From Mobula hypostoma (lineage: Eukaryota): 64,000 bases of DNA. This document shows positions 38,171 to 51,600 of this stretch, one piece after another. Numbering within the stretch: the first letter of the stretch is position 1; every line of letters starts with the position of its first letter. Under the pieces are notes generated by a model. The model did no database searches and had not been told where the DNA came from. It was given only the letters and a program-made list of their open reading frames with translations. Both the position numbers and the translations under genes were made by a program. Location of the stretch: NCBI RefSeq assembly GCF_963921235.1, contig NC_086109.1, forward strand, positions 14,014,001-14,078,000. The letters run 5' to 3'.

Positions 38171-41100
38171 AAGGAGTTCCAAAGTCTCCCAACCTTTTCC
38201 TGAGAAATTCTTTCTTATTTCACTCGTTCATAGCTACTTCTTCATTCTGGGGCTACGTCCTTTGCTTCTCGATTCTCCCATGAGAGAAAATATCCACTCA
38301 GCGTTGACCTCGTCTGGTCCCTCAAGAATCTTATTATACTTCACTAAGATCACACAAAGCCCCGAACACAAATGAAGGAAATCTAATGCTTCTAAGTCTA
38401 CGCCAGTCAGTAGTGGTTGAAATTGAATATGGAGATCATGATCACCACCGTGATTGTATGTGTGTTATTCTGCACTGCTCTTTCCCCCATACTCTCTTGT
38501 TCTGTAACGAAGGTGACAGCAAATTAGCTCACAGCAAATTCCCACAAGCAGCACCATGATATGGACCAATAATGTTGACCTGGAAAGATCTTCCTTGCTT
38601 CTGTCCTTAACAGACTCACACCTGAGACCAGATAGGACTTCAGGTTAAGGTATCGATTTTTGTGTTTGGACTACCACTTCCCCCTTCCAAAACCTCACCT
38701 TGCCCCCCCCCCCACCCCCCATCCATCCATAGTTGTGTTTGGCTGAGCTTATCCCAATTCACCTGTGCTATCATTTAACTTCACTTTGGACCCTCCCTTC
38801 TTTTTAGGATGCTGGTTAGTGATCTGGATCTGGGTACTTTCTTCAGTCGTTACTCAAAGTGCTTGCTAGGGTACCAAATGGTCTAATCAGTTGTTCACCA
38901 ATGAGGACGGGACTCTCACGGTCCCATGTGTTTGAATGTTCTACCTATCCACAGATGAGGAGTATTCCCAAGTAGCAGGTAGCACCAGACTGGGGAACAG
39001 TTTCTATCTCACTGTCGTCCAACTCTTGATCTCTCAATCTACTTCATCAGAGTTAGGTTTAATATTGCTGGCAAACATCATGAAATATGTACTGTGTAAT
39101 ATATAATACTAAAAAAACTATAGATAACATTAAGAAATATATATATTTTAATTAAATTGGTTAATTGTGGCCCTTGCTCTTTATTTGTCTGCCTGCATTG
39201 CACTTTCTCTGTAAAAGCAATATTAAATTCTGGTTTCTGTTTCCTTTTTCCTTTCTTGATGAAGTCCTGTATGGAATGATCCTTCTAGATGGTGCACAAA
39301 AGAAATGTTTGTCACTATATCCTGGTGTGCATGACAATAGTAGACAAATAACCTCCACTGTTCAAACTTTGTGCTAAATTCAAATTGAAGTCGTAGAATC
39401 GTACAGCACAGAAACAGCCCTCTGTGTCCACATGAACCCCACACGTACATTAATCCTGAACGCAAGAGATTCAGCAGGTGCTGGAAATACTGAATAATGT
39501 GCATGCGTGCGCGCGCGCGCACACACACAATGCTGGAAGAACTTAGCTGGTCTGACAGAGTCTATGGAGAGGAGTAAGCAGTAGATGTTTCGGGCCAAGA
39601 CCTGATATCCGGACTGGAAAGGAAAGGAGGCGGACGTCAGAATAGAAGGTGGGGAAAGTGTACCAGCTGGCAGATGATAGGTGAGGGGAATGGTGGGAAT
39701 CCTGTTTTTCCCCTCCGGTATCTTCATCAACCAATTTTTCTGCTATCCACCAACATTGGAATAGGGATTGGCTAACCTACCAACATGCTTTTGGCACATG
39801 GGAGGCAGCTGGAGTATCACGGGGTCAGTAGAAAAACTCCACATTGAGAATACTGGCGGTACTCAGCAAGTCAGGCAGCAACTATGGAGAGGAATAAACA
39901 GTCGATATTTTGGGCCAATGAAGTGTCTCGGCCTGAATCATCAACTGTTTATTCCATTCTGCATTGACTGAGCCCCATTCTTGGAACTGTGAGGCATCTG
40001 CTTCACTGTAAGATCACTAGGGGTGTCTGAAATGGCAGTTCACTTGACATTCTAGCTTGGTATACGTTTTACAGCCAGCATCAAAGGCTTTAATAAGGAA
40101 ATGTTATCGTAGACTTTAGCATTTGGTCTAAAGTGAAAAGGAAAGAGCTCTGTAATCTGAATAGCAAACTTGTTACATTGAGAGCCATATCAAGAGTGTC
40201 TCTGCAGGCATGGGGTTGATTCCTGGCCTCGTGCCCAGCGTGAGCATGTAACTATTTATAGGTCCGCATACTTGGCATTGGCAGGAGTTTTTCTCTGGAG
40301 TAAAGAACGATACTTTCTGACGTGCTGCCTGCACAGGATGGGAGGTACCCTGACAAGAATGGGCATTCAAAAGAATTCCAGGATGTTAGCTGGGTAAGAA
40401 GATTTGTTTACTAAGTGTCTGTGGAAAAAGGACTGTGTAACAAAGCCGGTTTGGCACAGATCATGATCCAGGTGCATGGTCTATAACTGGGTCAAACCAG
40501 CCATAGTGTGTAGCATAAACTTTGTAGCTCCCTCTAAACTCCATTTAGGCCTCTGACACACTGAACAACATCAGGGGACATGACTACCTTTGCTAACTTC
40601 TGTTTGATTATGTAGATTAATTGACTACACTGTTCCAAGAAGGTGCGTGGAATAAACCAATAAAGCCACTCAACAATTGATAGGGTTTTTCTCATGCAGT
40701 TTTGGTATTGAACCGTTGATTTTCAGTTATCATTCACAAGTATCACTTATGAAGCAAAATTTGCAGGGTTGTTTTTTGTCTCTTAAGGACCCCCATCATC
40801 CAGGTCATACTCTCTTCTGGCTCCTGCCATCAGGAAGGAGATACAGGAGCCTGAGGTTCCACAGCACCAAGTTCAGGAACAGTTCTAACCCTGAACAATC
40901 AGGGTCCTGAACCAGAGTGGATAACTTCATTCAACTTCACTTGCCCCATCACTGAATTGATTCCACTTTCAAGGACTCTACAATATTATTTCCGTCCCTT
41001 CCACGGTGCCCCATTCCATTGGTTGTCATTGACTCTGTTGTATTTCTTTGTGTTTGTTATGAATGCCCGCAAGAAAATGAATCTCAGGGTCATATATATC

Positions 41101-41277
41101 CATTTTTATAATAAAATTTACTTTGAATTTTTGGACTTTAAGTAGGCTTTGTCACATAGCAAGGAACAATTTTCATTCGCAAACAACAGGAATACTGCAG
41201 ATGCTGGAAATTCAAGCAACATACATCAAAGTTGCTGGTGAACGCAGCAGGCCAAGCAGCATCTGTAGGAAGAGGTG

Positions 41278-41315
41278 CAGTCGACGTTTCAGGCTGAGAC
41301 CCTTCGTCAGGACTA
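41278..41315 (-). ncRNA. Minimal type I hammerhead ribozyme (mirror copy)
   Basis: The reverse complement reads UAGUC-CUGACGA-AGG(GUCUCAG)CCU-GAAAC-GUC-GACUG. Confidence 0.8.
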
Positions 41316-41378
41316 ACTGAAGGAAGAGTGAGTAAGGGATTTGAAAGTTTCAAGTCTCTTACTCACTCTTTCTTCAGT

Positions 41379-41416
41379 TAGTCCTGACGAAGGGTCTCGG
41401 CCTGAAACGTCGACTG
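41379..41416 (+). ncRNA. Minimal type I hammerhead ribozyme (PLE-associated)
   Basis: UAGUC-CUGACGA-AGG(GUCUCGG)CCU-GAAAC-GUC^GACUG: intact CUGANGA and GAAA core, stem I UAGUC/GACUG, 3-bp stem II, vestigial stem III. Predicted cleavage after C41411. Confidence 0.8.
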
Positions 41417-43351
41417 CACCTCTTCCTACAGATGCTGCTTGGCCTGCTGCATTCACCAGCAACTTTGATGTATGTTGCAACAATTTTCATTGTCTGTTAA
41501 CATAGTCGGGACTGTTTCGTGCCCACTTTGAAAGCCAATGAATACTCTTGTCAAGAACTACCAGGCTCAGTGAGTGGTTGGATTTATTAACAAATGTGGT
41601 CATTGGAAGATTCCTGACTTCTGTCGTACAAACTATTTCTAACCTCCTATCTGTCAAAACCTTTCAGGCCAAGCTAATCACATGTTTACTTACAAATGTG
41701 ACAACAGAAGGTTGAAATGCTCATTGAGATATGCAATCCTTCGCTAATGCAATAATTAAACCGTTCCAAAAATAAGCCCAAGTTCTTTGTATTATTTTCA
41801 GAGAGTTCCCAAAGAGGTATTGAGAGCGGAACACAAAAGAATCAATCAGAACTTAGCATGGGGAGAAAACAATTGTCTCACCCCCCTCAGTGACAGAGTT
41901 GACTGGAAGGGGAAAGAGATCACCTCAGTTGTCAAGCAATCAAATCTTCCACTTCAGTCACTGGACTGTGGGCGGTATCTAGTGTGCAGAACCATTTGAC
42001 ATTTGAGCACCACTCTAGGTGCCTGCCTGAGGTTGCATGGGTATTGCTTCATTCTGTTAGAATAGCTAACATTGACCTGCATTGTTCTTAATTGAGCCTA
42101 GAAAAGAAACAGTGGCTGTAAACCTCCCTGCGGAATTTACTGTATCTCTTGCCTATTTATTGTTTCTTCATCCTACAGGTATTAAGAACGAGATTTCATT
42201 CACAAGTATCTTATAAATTACATGTGAAATGTGTGGGGTAAGGGACTTTAATCTTGATGAGTCTGGAGTTTTGTTTTGGTATTTTAGTCTGCCTTGTCAA
42301 CACCGTCAGCTATAGGAGCAGAATTAGGCCATTCTGCCCATCAAGTCAAACCAGTGTGAATATTAAGACACTAGGGAGCGTAATAGAACAGAGGGAATTA
42401 GGAGTATAAGTGTATAGTTTATTGTAAGTGGTGTCACAGGTGAACAGGGTTGTGAAGGAGGTGGCTAGCATGCTGGCCTTCATCAGTCAGGGCTTTGAGT
42501 ATAGGAGTGAGGACATTATGTTGCTGTTGTACGAGTCCACACTTGAAGTACTGTGTGCAGTTTTGGTCACCCTGTTGTAGCAGCTGGTGCCTATCACAAG
42601 TCCTGTTTATGCCACCACCAACGCCAAGCAGAGCATTCTGGAGAGTATTGATAATGGCTGGGGCCACCCGTCTTGTAAAGGCATTGCGGGTATTAGTCAG
42701 CAAATATCTGATCAGCCTGCATTCATTTGTCTCCGGATCCAGAGAGGAAGGAAGGAGGGTGCTGGGAAAGTTACCTGGAAGTCAGAAATATTTGTGGTTC
42801 TGGGAGTAGAGCTGATGTTTCCGTTTTTGGCCCTTTTGTACATTTTTGCCTCTATATGTTGATCATCACAGAAAACAAAGAAAAACACATTTTATATATA
42901 TATATAGCATCTTATTTTGATTAACCATTTGCCTCTGGCTGGGGTAGGAGGGAAATCTGACAACAGACTTCCAGTGATCATAGTTCAGAATTAGTCCAGC
43001 TTCTACTGTGATGGAGATCCACCTTCACCAAATTCCTATTGTCTTATTTATTCTTCTACAGAATAACGACACAGCAATCAGTTAACACAAATGACCAATC
43101 TGTCTGTTAAGATAAAAATGGACAAAGGAAAGGTGGTGGGGGTGGTGAATGACTTCTTCCTCTCAGACCTCAGCATTGTTTCCATGTTAACCAAGCCACT
43201 GAGAGCTGCATGTCAATGTCACACCTACAAAAGTTCTCTGCCAATTTCTCTCCTTATTCAATGGTGGCAGAGCCCTCTTTCTTGCTCCCGGGAGGTGTCT
43301 CACACCTACACCTGCTCTAGTCAGGGACTGTTCTATTCCATTGACTAGTTT

Positions 43352-43730
43352 TACATAGAAACATAGAAAATAGGTGCAGGAGTAAGCCATTCGGCCCTTC
43401 GAGCCTGCACTGCCACATTCAGTATGATCATGGCTGATCATCCAACTCAGAACCCTGTACCTGCCTTCTTTCCATACCCCCTGATCCCTTTAGCCACAAG
43501 GGCCATATCTAACTCCCTCTTAAATATAGCCAATGAACTGGCCTCAACTGTTTCCTGTGGCAGAGAATTCCACAGATTCACCTCTCTCTGTGTGAAGAAG
43601 TTTTTCCTCATCTCGGTCGTAAAAGGCTTCCCCTATATCCTCAAACTGTGACCCCTCGTTCTGAACTTCCCCAACATCGGGAACAATCTTCCTACATCTA
43701 GCCCGTCCAATCCCTTTAGAATTTTATACG
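43352..43730 (-). mobile_element. CR1 3' fragment
   Basis: Tail catagaaacatagaaa; minus strand GHSLRI*G..NFFTQREVNLWNSLP. Confidence 0.85.
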
Positions 43731-44017
43731 TAAGTAAAAGCATTGAGTAACCAGTCACCTCCCAACACAAGAGATTCTGCAGGTGCTGGAAATCCAGAGC
43801 AGGAAACACCAAATGATGGAGGAACTCAACAGGTCAAGCAGCAACTATGGAGAGGAATAAACAGTCAGCATTTTGCACTGAGATCAGGACCGGAAGGGAA
43901 GGGAGAAGAAGCCAGAATAAGGAGGTTGCGGGAAGGGAAAGGATTATACGCTAGCAAGTGATAGGTGACATCAGATGAGGGGGAAGGTGGTTGAGAGGAG
44001 GGGAAAAATGCTGGGTG

Positions 44018-44420
44018 ACAGGATAGGACTTTATTCTTTGGAACATAGAAGATTGAGAGGAGACTTGATACAGATATGCAAAATTATGAGGGGTACAGGT
44101 AGGGTAAATGCAAGCTGGTTAGGTGGGATCTCAGCCAGGGGTCATGGGTTAAGCATGAAAGGTGACAAGTTTAAGGGGAACATGAGGGGGAAATCTTCAT
44201 TGTGAAGGTTGTGGAAGTGTAGAATGAGTTGCCAGTGCAATTGTGCATGCCAGCTCGATTTGAACATTTAAGAGAAGTTTGGGTAGGTACATGGACAATA
44301 GCGGTATGGAGTGCTATGGTCCTGATGCAGATCAATGGAAGTAGGCAGCTTAATGGTTCAGCACCTACTAGATGGGCCGAGGGGCCTGTTTCTGTGCTGT
44401 ACTTTCCTATGACCCTATGA
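44018..44420 (+). mobile_element. CR1 3' fragment
   Basis: GLYSLEHRRLRGDLIQ..GHGL. Confidence 0.8.
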
Positions 44421-45439
44421 CACAATATGAGGTTTGCATTTGAAGATGATGGAAAGAAGGCAAGTTCATTTTGATTCTAAGTTTGGAAAAGATTTCAGTT
44501 GGAGGCAACAGTTCATTGTGTCTTCATTGAAGTCACAGAATTGCTACTTTCTCTGGAAGGACAGTTGTGGAACCATGGGGAGTTGACGTCATTGGTAGGA
44601 TAGATGCCAACATTGAACAGGAACACTGCGATAGATTTGACCTTGCACAGCTCATACCGGACTAGCTCAGTGTCTCATACCTGAGGCACTGTGGAATATT
44701 TTGAGACAAATACCTTGTCATTCGTCCATTGAACTGTCAAGCCCCGAGAACCTTGCAGACCAAACTTTATCAGGCCATTTCATGCAAAGTCCCTCAAACT
44801 GAGGTTAACACAGTCTTTTGCATATTTGTGTATCATCATCAACAGAATCAGTGAAGCATACCCCTTCTAGAACTTCTCTTTGCTCTTGCTCAGGGCTCTA
44901 AAGACCAACAACCAGCTCACTGGTTCAGGTCATCAAATCCAGTTGTCAACTTATAAATCTGTCGACAAGTCCCATGAAACAAAGAGATGGAAACAGGAGT
45001 ACTGTGACTCCACTCAAACCATACAGAGAGAGAGAGCGTTGCCTGCCAGTAACAAGGGTATCTGAAGAATAACAGCGATGATAATTAGTTGTGTTTGAGA
45101 GAAGTATTTGCAGAAGGTTATTTATAGTCAGTGTAGATGCTTCAAGAGAGACGGATGGATGTCTAATAAGGCTACACCTATTCCAGTATCTCTGGTCAAT
45201 TGGAATTATAGGGCGGAGCGAAGGGTGAGAGAGAGCTGTAACAAAATGTCATCTCTTGGTTATTGTGCGTCAGCAGAAAAATACCACCACAACCTTTGAA
45301 GAAATGTCTTTATGCCATAGTTTTTTTTAATTCTTAACTTCCCTTCCACTCTTACTAGAATCTCTGAGATTATCTTGCTGATTGAACGTGTTTTTTTGCT
45401 TTTGATGCACTTTCACACTGCGAGGCCCCACAAACTGTA

Positions 45440-45528
45440 ATGAGATTTTCAGTGATGCAGGCGGAGAGCGAGCTCTTCCTTTCTAGATTGAAATGCGACA
45501 CGGACATGCTTCGATTCCGCTCGATCAG
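45440..45528 (+). CDS. Candidate alternative first coding exon of the SoxD gene (MRFSVMQAESELFLSRLKCDTDMLRFRSIR)
   Basis: Non-repetitive, CpG-containing segment. ATG at 45440 and an in-frame ATG at 45455; open for 89 nt to donor CAG|gtaaac. Phase 2 joins AG+G=Arg in frame with ATG 62198. A GC box (gggcgg) lies upstream near 45211. Confidence 0.5.
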
Positions 45529-48500
45529 GTAAACAGGAATTTAATTCAAAAAGAAAAGATCATGCACCTGGCAATGGAACTGTCTGTCGGTGTAGTAGCG
45601 GGCAAAATGTTCTGGTTCTGGAATGTTGTGTGGACACTTGTGCTTCCTCAGAGGTGATCAAATCCAGACTAGCAAACTCTAATACAGATGTATGTGTATC
45701 AGTTCATGGTAGATACATCCATCTTCTGTGATCCAAGGAGAGAGATGGGTGCAAACTGTGTGTGGGGCTTCTTATTTAAATGCATATTTGAGATTGATAA
45801 GAGAACTACACCTTTTCTTAATTTGGTGTCTGAATTCCTGAAAGGGTATTATCTGCTTGAAAGTTCTCCTGGTATCTGTACCTTTTGCCAGTAAACCAGA
45901 AAGTTCGAGTTGTTGACCTCTTATAGTAAGTGGGAGCTTAATGTGTGTACTGTTTCAATGAAATATGAAGCCTATGATCTGGAGTAGGCCATTTGACCCT
46001 GGTCTGCTTTTCGATATGATCATGTTTCGCCACCTATCTCACCAACCAGGGCATGCTCTCGTCCCATTGCTACCATCAGGGAGGAGGTCCAGGAGCCTTA
46101 ATCCTCAATGTTTTAAGAACAGCTTCTTCCCCACTGCCATTAGATCTCTGAATGGTCCAAGAACACTCCTTCACTATATTGCTGTCTTTCTGCTCTGCTT
46201 GTTTAGTTTATTATATATTCCTTGCTGTGACTTATAGAATTTTTTTTTATCTATTACACTGTACTGTTGCAATGAAGCAACAAATTTCACAACATATATG
46301 TTAATAAACCTCATTCTGATTATATTCCCATTATCTCCCTGTGCTAATAATTTAATTGATAATTAGTTTGTTATTGTCTCATGTAACAGTGAAAATCTTT
46401 TATTGGCATGTCATCCAGACAGATCATTTCCCAAACCTAAGTTCATTGAGATAGCACAAAAGGGGACAAAACGGTGTAGAATATATTGTTACAGTTGCAG
46501 AGAAACCCTAGGTAGGCAAATCATGTTCAAGGGTCTTGATGAGGTGGTCTTCATTGTGCTTTCAGCGATGCACTCTCTATGCTAGCCAAATTCTACACCT
46601 TCACCACCCTCTAAGTGTAGAAATTTCTCTGTATCTCAGCTCTAAATTTCTTGGCACCTCATTCTAAAGACACCAATCATCTTCAACTTGTCCTGCTGGT
46701 CCTGCCCTGTCAGTAATGTTTTATTTAGCACCCCTTATAAACTCGCTGGTGAATACAAACCTAGCCGAGCCAATCTTTTCTCATTCGGCAGTTCCACCAC
46801 ACCTGAAGTCAGCTTGGTAAAGTTAATTTTATTGTTTACTTGGTGATAGAGTGTGGCGTAGGCCCTTCCGGCCCTTTGAGCCACACCGCCTCAGCAACCT
46901 CACAACCCCAATTAACCCTAACCTAATCACAGGACAAGTTGCAATGACCAGTTAGCCTCTCCTCTCCGGTTCTACTTTGGACCGTGGGAGGAAAGCGGAG
47001 CCACCCGGGAAAATTCCACACGTTCCACCAGGAGGGCGTGCAGAGACTCCTCCCAGAAGGCCGCCGGAATTGAACTCCGAACTCCGAGCTGTAATACTGT
47101 GACACCAGCCGCTAGGCTACTGTGGCGCCCGTCCTCGGTGCTCTCCCACAGTGGCAAATGCGAGCCTTCACTGCAGCTCTCTGCGGCAAGCTCTAGGGCA
47201 CAGCAGTTCCCCTTTTGCTTTGAAGTACTTTTTGATTCTGTAGCACGGCAAGATATTCTTATCTCAACAATGGGTCGTGCTTCCCATTCTTGGGTTGGGA
47301 GGCGTTCCATGGATTGTCCTCCAGCAAGCCCTAAGAGCTGGAGAACCAGTTACCATGATGGAAAACAATGCAGTAAACAAGATTGATTTTGGGATATTTT
47401 ACTTCGATGGTGTTCCTCTGACCACCATAACCCTTCCTGAGAGAGAGAGAGAAAGTATATTTAAAATAGCACTGACATGCTTTTTGAACAAGGAATTCTA
47501 TGCAACTCACAACTCCAATTTTTCCTCTTTTGTGTCTTGAATTACTTAAAATAAAATCCTTCTACCGCTGTTGGAGTCACAACTTTGGGGCAGAATTTAT
47601 GTGAAGACTCTTATTTTGGTCACGCAGGATTCTTGGAAGACAGTCTCCCTGCAGGGTATCTGACCAAAAAAAAACCTGAACATTGTAGCTGAACAGCGAT
47701 AGTGTTGTAACTTGCAAATCTGATATCGCAGCATGTGACATTGATTGGAAACCTGTGAGTGGAGATATTTTCTCTTGTGACCCGTTCTATTTTTAACACT
47801 GATATTACTTTTTGTCTGGGTCCATCTGAATCCTCCCAGTGCACACGCTTGTGGTTTCTTTGTCGCTCTTCAAATAGTCGGCCTCCGTTTCGAATCCAGT
47901 GTTGCTACCTTCTATTGCTGTGTACTAATCCTCTGAGAACTCTATGTTCTGAGAAATTCTGACCTCTTGCTTGTCTCCAGTTTTAATGATTCTAAGTTCA
48001 AGTTCAAATTCAATAGTACACATACATTATACTAAACGTTCCTCCGGACCAAGGTGCACGACATATAGCTTATAACTCATACACATAACACATAAACTAA
48101 TATTACCACTAGCAAATGTATTTATTTATTTAAGAGTTCATTCTTTCACTGCCTTCCATCTTAAAATCTTCTTTGGAGTCTTTCAGAAACAGTCTCTTCG
48201 GCCCACCATGTTCAGAACAACCTGTTTGCCCATCCGCAGCAGTCCCATTTACCAATATTTAGGCCTATGGGCCTTCTCAGCAGTCACCTGGTCCTCATCC
48301 TTGGTAACCTACCTTGTGCTGATCTCTCTTGCTCACTCCCTGCCTGATGTTGTGCTGTTAATATTGCCCTCCATTTCCCCCTTGTTATGTGCTCGCCATA
48401 TTTACATTGAATTAAAAAATCCTTTCTTTTCCAAGCCCCTCCACCAGCCAATCCCACCCGTGTCCTGCAGTCTGTATGCTGAGATGTGAGAGTCGGTGGT

Positions 48501-48551
48501 AAAGGCCAGCATTTATGGTTCATCCTTAGTTCCCATGACGAGCTGGTCCAC

Positions 48552-48615
48552 TGATCCATTGTAGGTGATTCCCATGATCCACTGTAGGTGATTCCCATGA
48601 TCCACTGTAGGTGAT
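48552..48615. repeat. 23-bp tandem repeat, about 2.8 copies (tgatccactgtaggtgattccca)
   Basis: Units start at 48552, 48575 and 48598. Confidence 0.9.
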
Positions 48616-51600
48616 GACATTCCCTCAATGACATTAGGTAAGGTGTTTCTGTATGTAAACCCAGTGATGATGAAGGAATGGTATTAATTTATTACTGTCC
48701 CTTGTACCAAGATACAGTAAAAGGCTTGTAATGTATGTCCAACTCACGATGTTAACACACATTCCCTCTCCCAGTATTAAAGTGTCATCATTACCTCTTC
48801 AATCCTTTACCTTTCTCTGGTATGTCTTTTGTCTCTCTCTTTTTCTATACCTCTACCTCCTTTCTCTCTGTTTTAAACTTGGGGCTCGTAGACTCTCTTC
48901 CACCTTTTTCAAATAAAGAGCTTTGTGCCAGAGCAGATTCGATGGGCTGAATGGCCTAATTCTGTTCCTATGACTTAAGATCCTATGATGCCCATTCTAT
49001 ACCAATGTACTCTCTAAACAAAATCTGCAGTGTTTGTTGCATTGTTTGTGGTATCTTGCTCTGTGGTGTGTCTATCAACTATCCACATTGAAAGCAGTCA
49101 CTGTTGCATGCAAAAAGGTGCTTTGAATGTTTCTAAGCAATACATTCTCTAATCTTTTCATTGTCCTGGACACTGTTCTAGGACCTGTGCCAGATCTACA
49201 ATGTAACCTCAATGTGGAGCAAACTAAATCCAATTTTTAAGCTCCATCTGCACAAAATTTCAATTATTAATCCTCCCAAGACCAGGGACATTTCATAGAA
49301 AGCAAGATTTTTGAGCATTGGTAATGAATAAAAGGAAGTTGAACCAGTTGCAAACCCACTTGGGCTGAAACAAGCATTGATATTAAAATAGGAAAAGGCA
49401 GAGATACTCAGCAAGTCAGTCAGGAGCTGTGGGAAGAGAAGCAATGGCATTTCAGGTTAATGGCTTTCAAGATGTCCTCACCTCTGAGTGTTTGCTGACA
49501 CTCAGTGTCAAAAGGTGAATCCTGCCCCATTTACCTTAATTAGAGTAGTTAACTTTAAATACCTCTATTTGTCTAGACCTGTCTTGCAGTTTAAGTCTTC
49601 CAAACTATTAATTATATTGTTTTTGCGAAAGGTTTTTACTTTGGCTTGGAGACAGGAATTTGCAATCACCTTAACTCCTAGCAAATAAAAATTGAAATGT
49701 AATGGACTCCAAGATTTATTTACTTATAGCAATTGAAATATGTATTCCAAATGGTCCAGACTAGACTCAAAACATTAGCATCTCAGCAGCAGAGTAAGAT
49801 TTAGTGTGTTACGAGTTGTTTTTTTTCCTCATTGGTGGAAACCAGACCTTTGTGTCCAAAGTGCCCCATGTGACTTCGAACATAATTTTTTAAAATATTG
49901 ATTTATTTGACTTTGAGATGTACACAAGGTAATATAGAACATAGAACACGACAGCATTGTACAGAGTCTTCTGCCCCCGATGTTGTGCCAACCCTTTTAC
50001 TTACTTTAAGGTCAATCTAACAATTTCCTCTGGCATAGCCCTCCATTTTTCTATTGTCTATGTGTCCATCTAAGAGTTTCCCAAATGCTCCTGATGTACC
50101 TGCCTGCAATACTACTTTCCATGCAAAAGAAAACCCTGATATTCTCCCCATACTTCCTCCAATCACCTTAAAACTATGCTCCCTGGTAATAGCCATTCCC
50201 AACCCAGGGAAAAGTCTCTGGCCATCCACTTGATCTATGCTGCTTTATCGTCTTGTACACCTCTGTCAAGTCACCTTTCATATTCCTTCACTCCAAAGAG
50301 AAAAACCCTAGTTCATTATTTGTTGGATCAATCATATCTTTGAATCAACCTCACAAGCAGGATCTCTAGTGTTCCACTTGAAGTTAGAGTTGTTGATGGG
50401 AGGATATCGCCCAACGCTCTCTCTTCTGAATATTTTCAAATTTCTTGATTTGCTGATATGAGAGCTCAGACCAAGTAATTGAGATTGTTTTTTTTATTGC
50501 TGAGATACAGTGAAAAGCTTGCCTGTTTATACAGATCAGATCATTGCACAGTGCATTGACGTAGAACAAGTTAAAACAATAACAGTGCAAAATAAAGTGT
50601 AACAGCTACAGAGCAAGTGCAGTGGGGGTAGGCAATAACTTGAGAAATGTTCATTCAGATGAGGTCGCCTATTCCTATAAACTTAAGGAGTTTCATTCTC
50701 CACTTCTCTCACCCCAGGGACCAACTCCTTCTGATAGTCAGAGTGTTATAGGACCTCTCAACCAATTTGATGGCCATTAAAGTTGAATGCTTATGGACCT
50801 TGAGTAGAAAAACCTGGGAATCTTCCATTTTTTTTATGATGAATTGCCAATATTGCACAGAGTCTTGTGGTCAAAGAGAAATAGTTCTTCACGCTCTGAG
50901 TGTGGACCTGTGGGAAATTGATGCAAAATGGTCCATGATTCCACTTCTTCCCATTCTTTGCAGGCCAGACCCATCTGCAGGTGAAAGAGAAAGTTTACAC
51001 GGAACGCTGTGATGAGGAAGCTAAGACTTCAATGTTTGGAGAGGAGGAGGATGAGAGTGACTTCATAGAATTGTACATGATAAAAAGGGGTGTAGATCCC
51101 AGGACAAAAATGTCATGTATGAGGGGCATAATTTTCGGTGTTTGGAGGAAAATACAGTGGTGGGGGGAATGTCAGAGGTAGGTTTTTTTTTACACCACGT
51201 GGTCAGGGCTTGGAACATGCTGCTTGGGTGCTGGTAGAGACAGATACGTTAGAGATAATTAAGAAAATCTTAGATAGGCACATGGATGAAGAAAAATGGT
51301 GGACCACCTGGGAGTGAAGGGTTGGATTGATCTTTGAGTAGATTAAAAGGTTGGCACAGCATTGTGGGCTGAAGGGCCTGTACACTATCAAATTTTTCTA
51401 TATTCTGTGTCCTTACTCATAACCTTCATATGGTCAATGATGGAGGAAGCAGCAGATGATAAACTGAAGTCTGTTAAGCGAATGAGAGAATTTACAGGTA
51501 TCCTGGATCGTCCCACAGCAGAGCTTGGAACACTGGAGGAAACGAACTTAAACCAGCTGCAAAATTGCCAGCACAAACGTTTGTATTAAAATGCAAAGTC

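Larger units (their letters stand above)
41178..41478. mobile_element. Penelope-like (PLE) terminal-repeat-derived fold-back element with 13-bp TSD
   Basis: Palindrome 41216-41478 centred on 41347. TSD aacaattttcatt at 41165-41177 and 41479-41491. The sequence family matches the repeat downstream of the GIY-YIG ORF at 56868-57727. Confidence 0.8.

Noticed and set aside
48552..48615. Short direct repeats as a CRISPR-like array
   Set aside because: Head-to-tail copies without spacers in a vertebrate genome; an ordinary tandem duplication.
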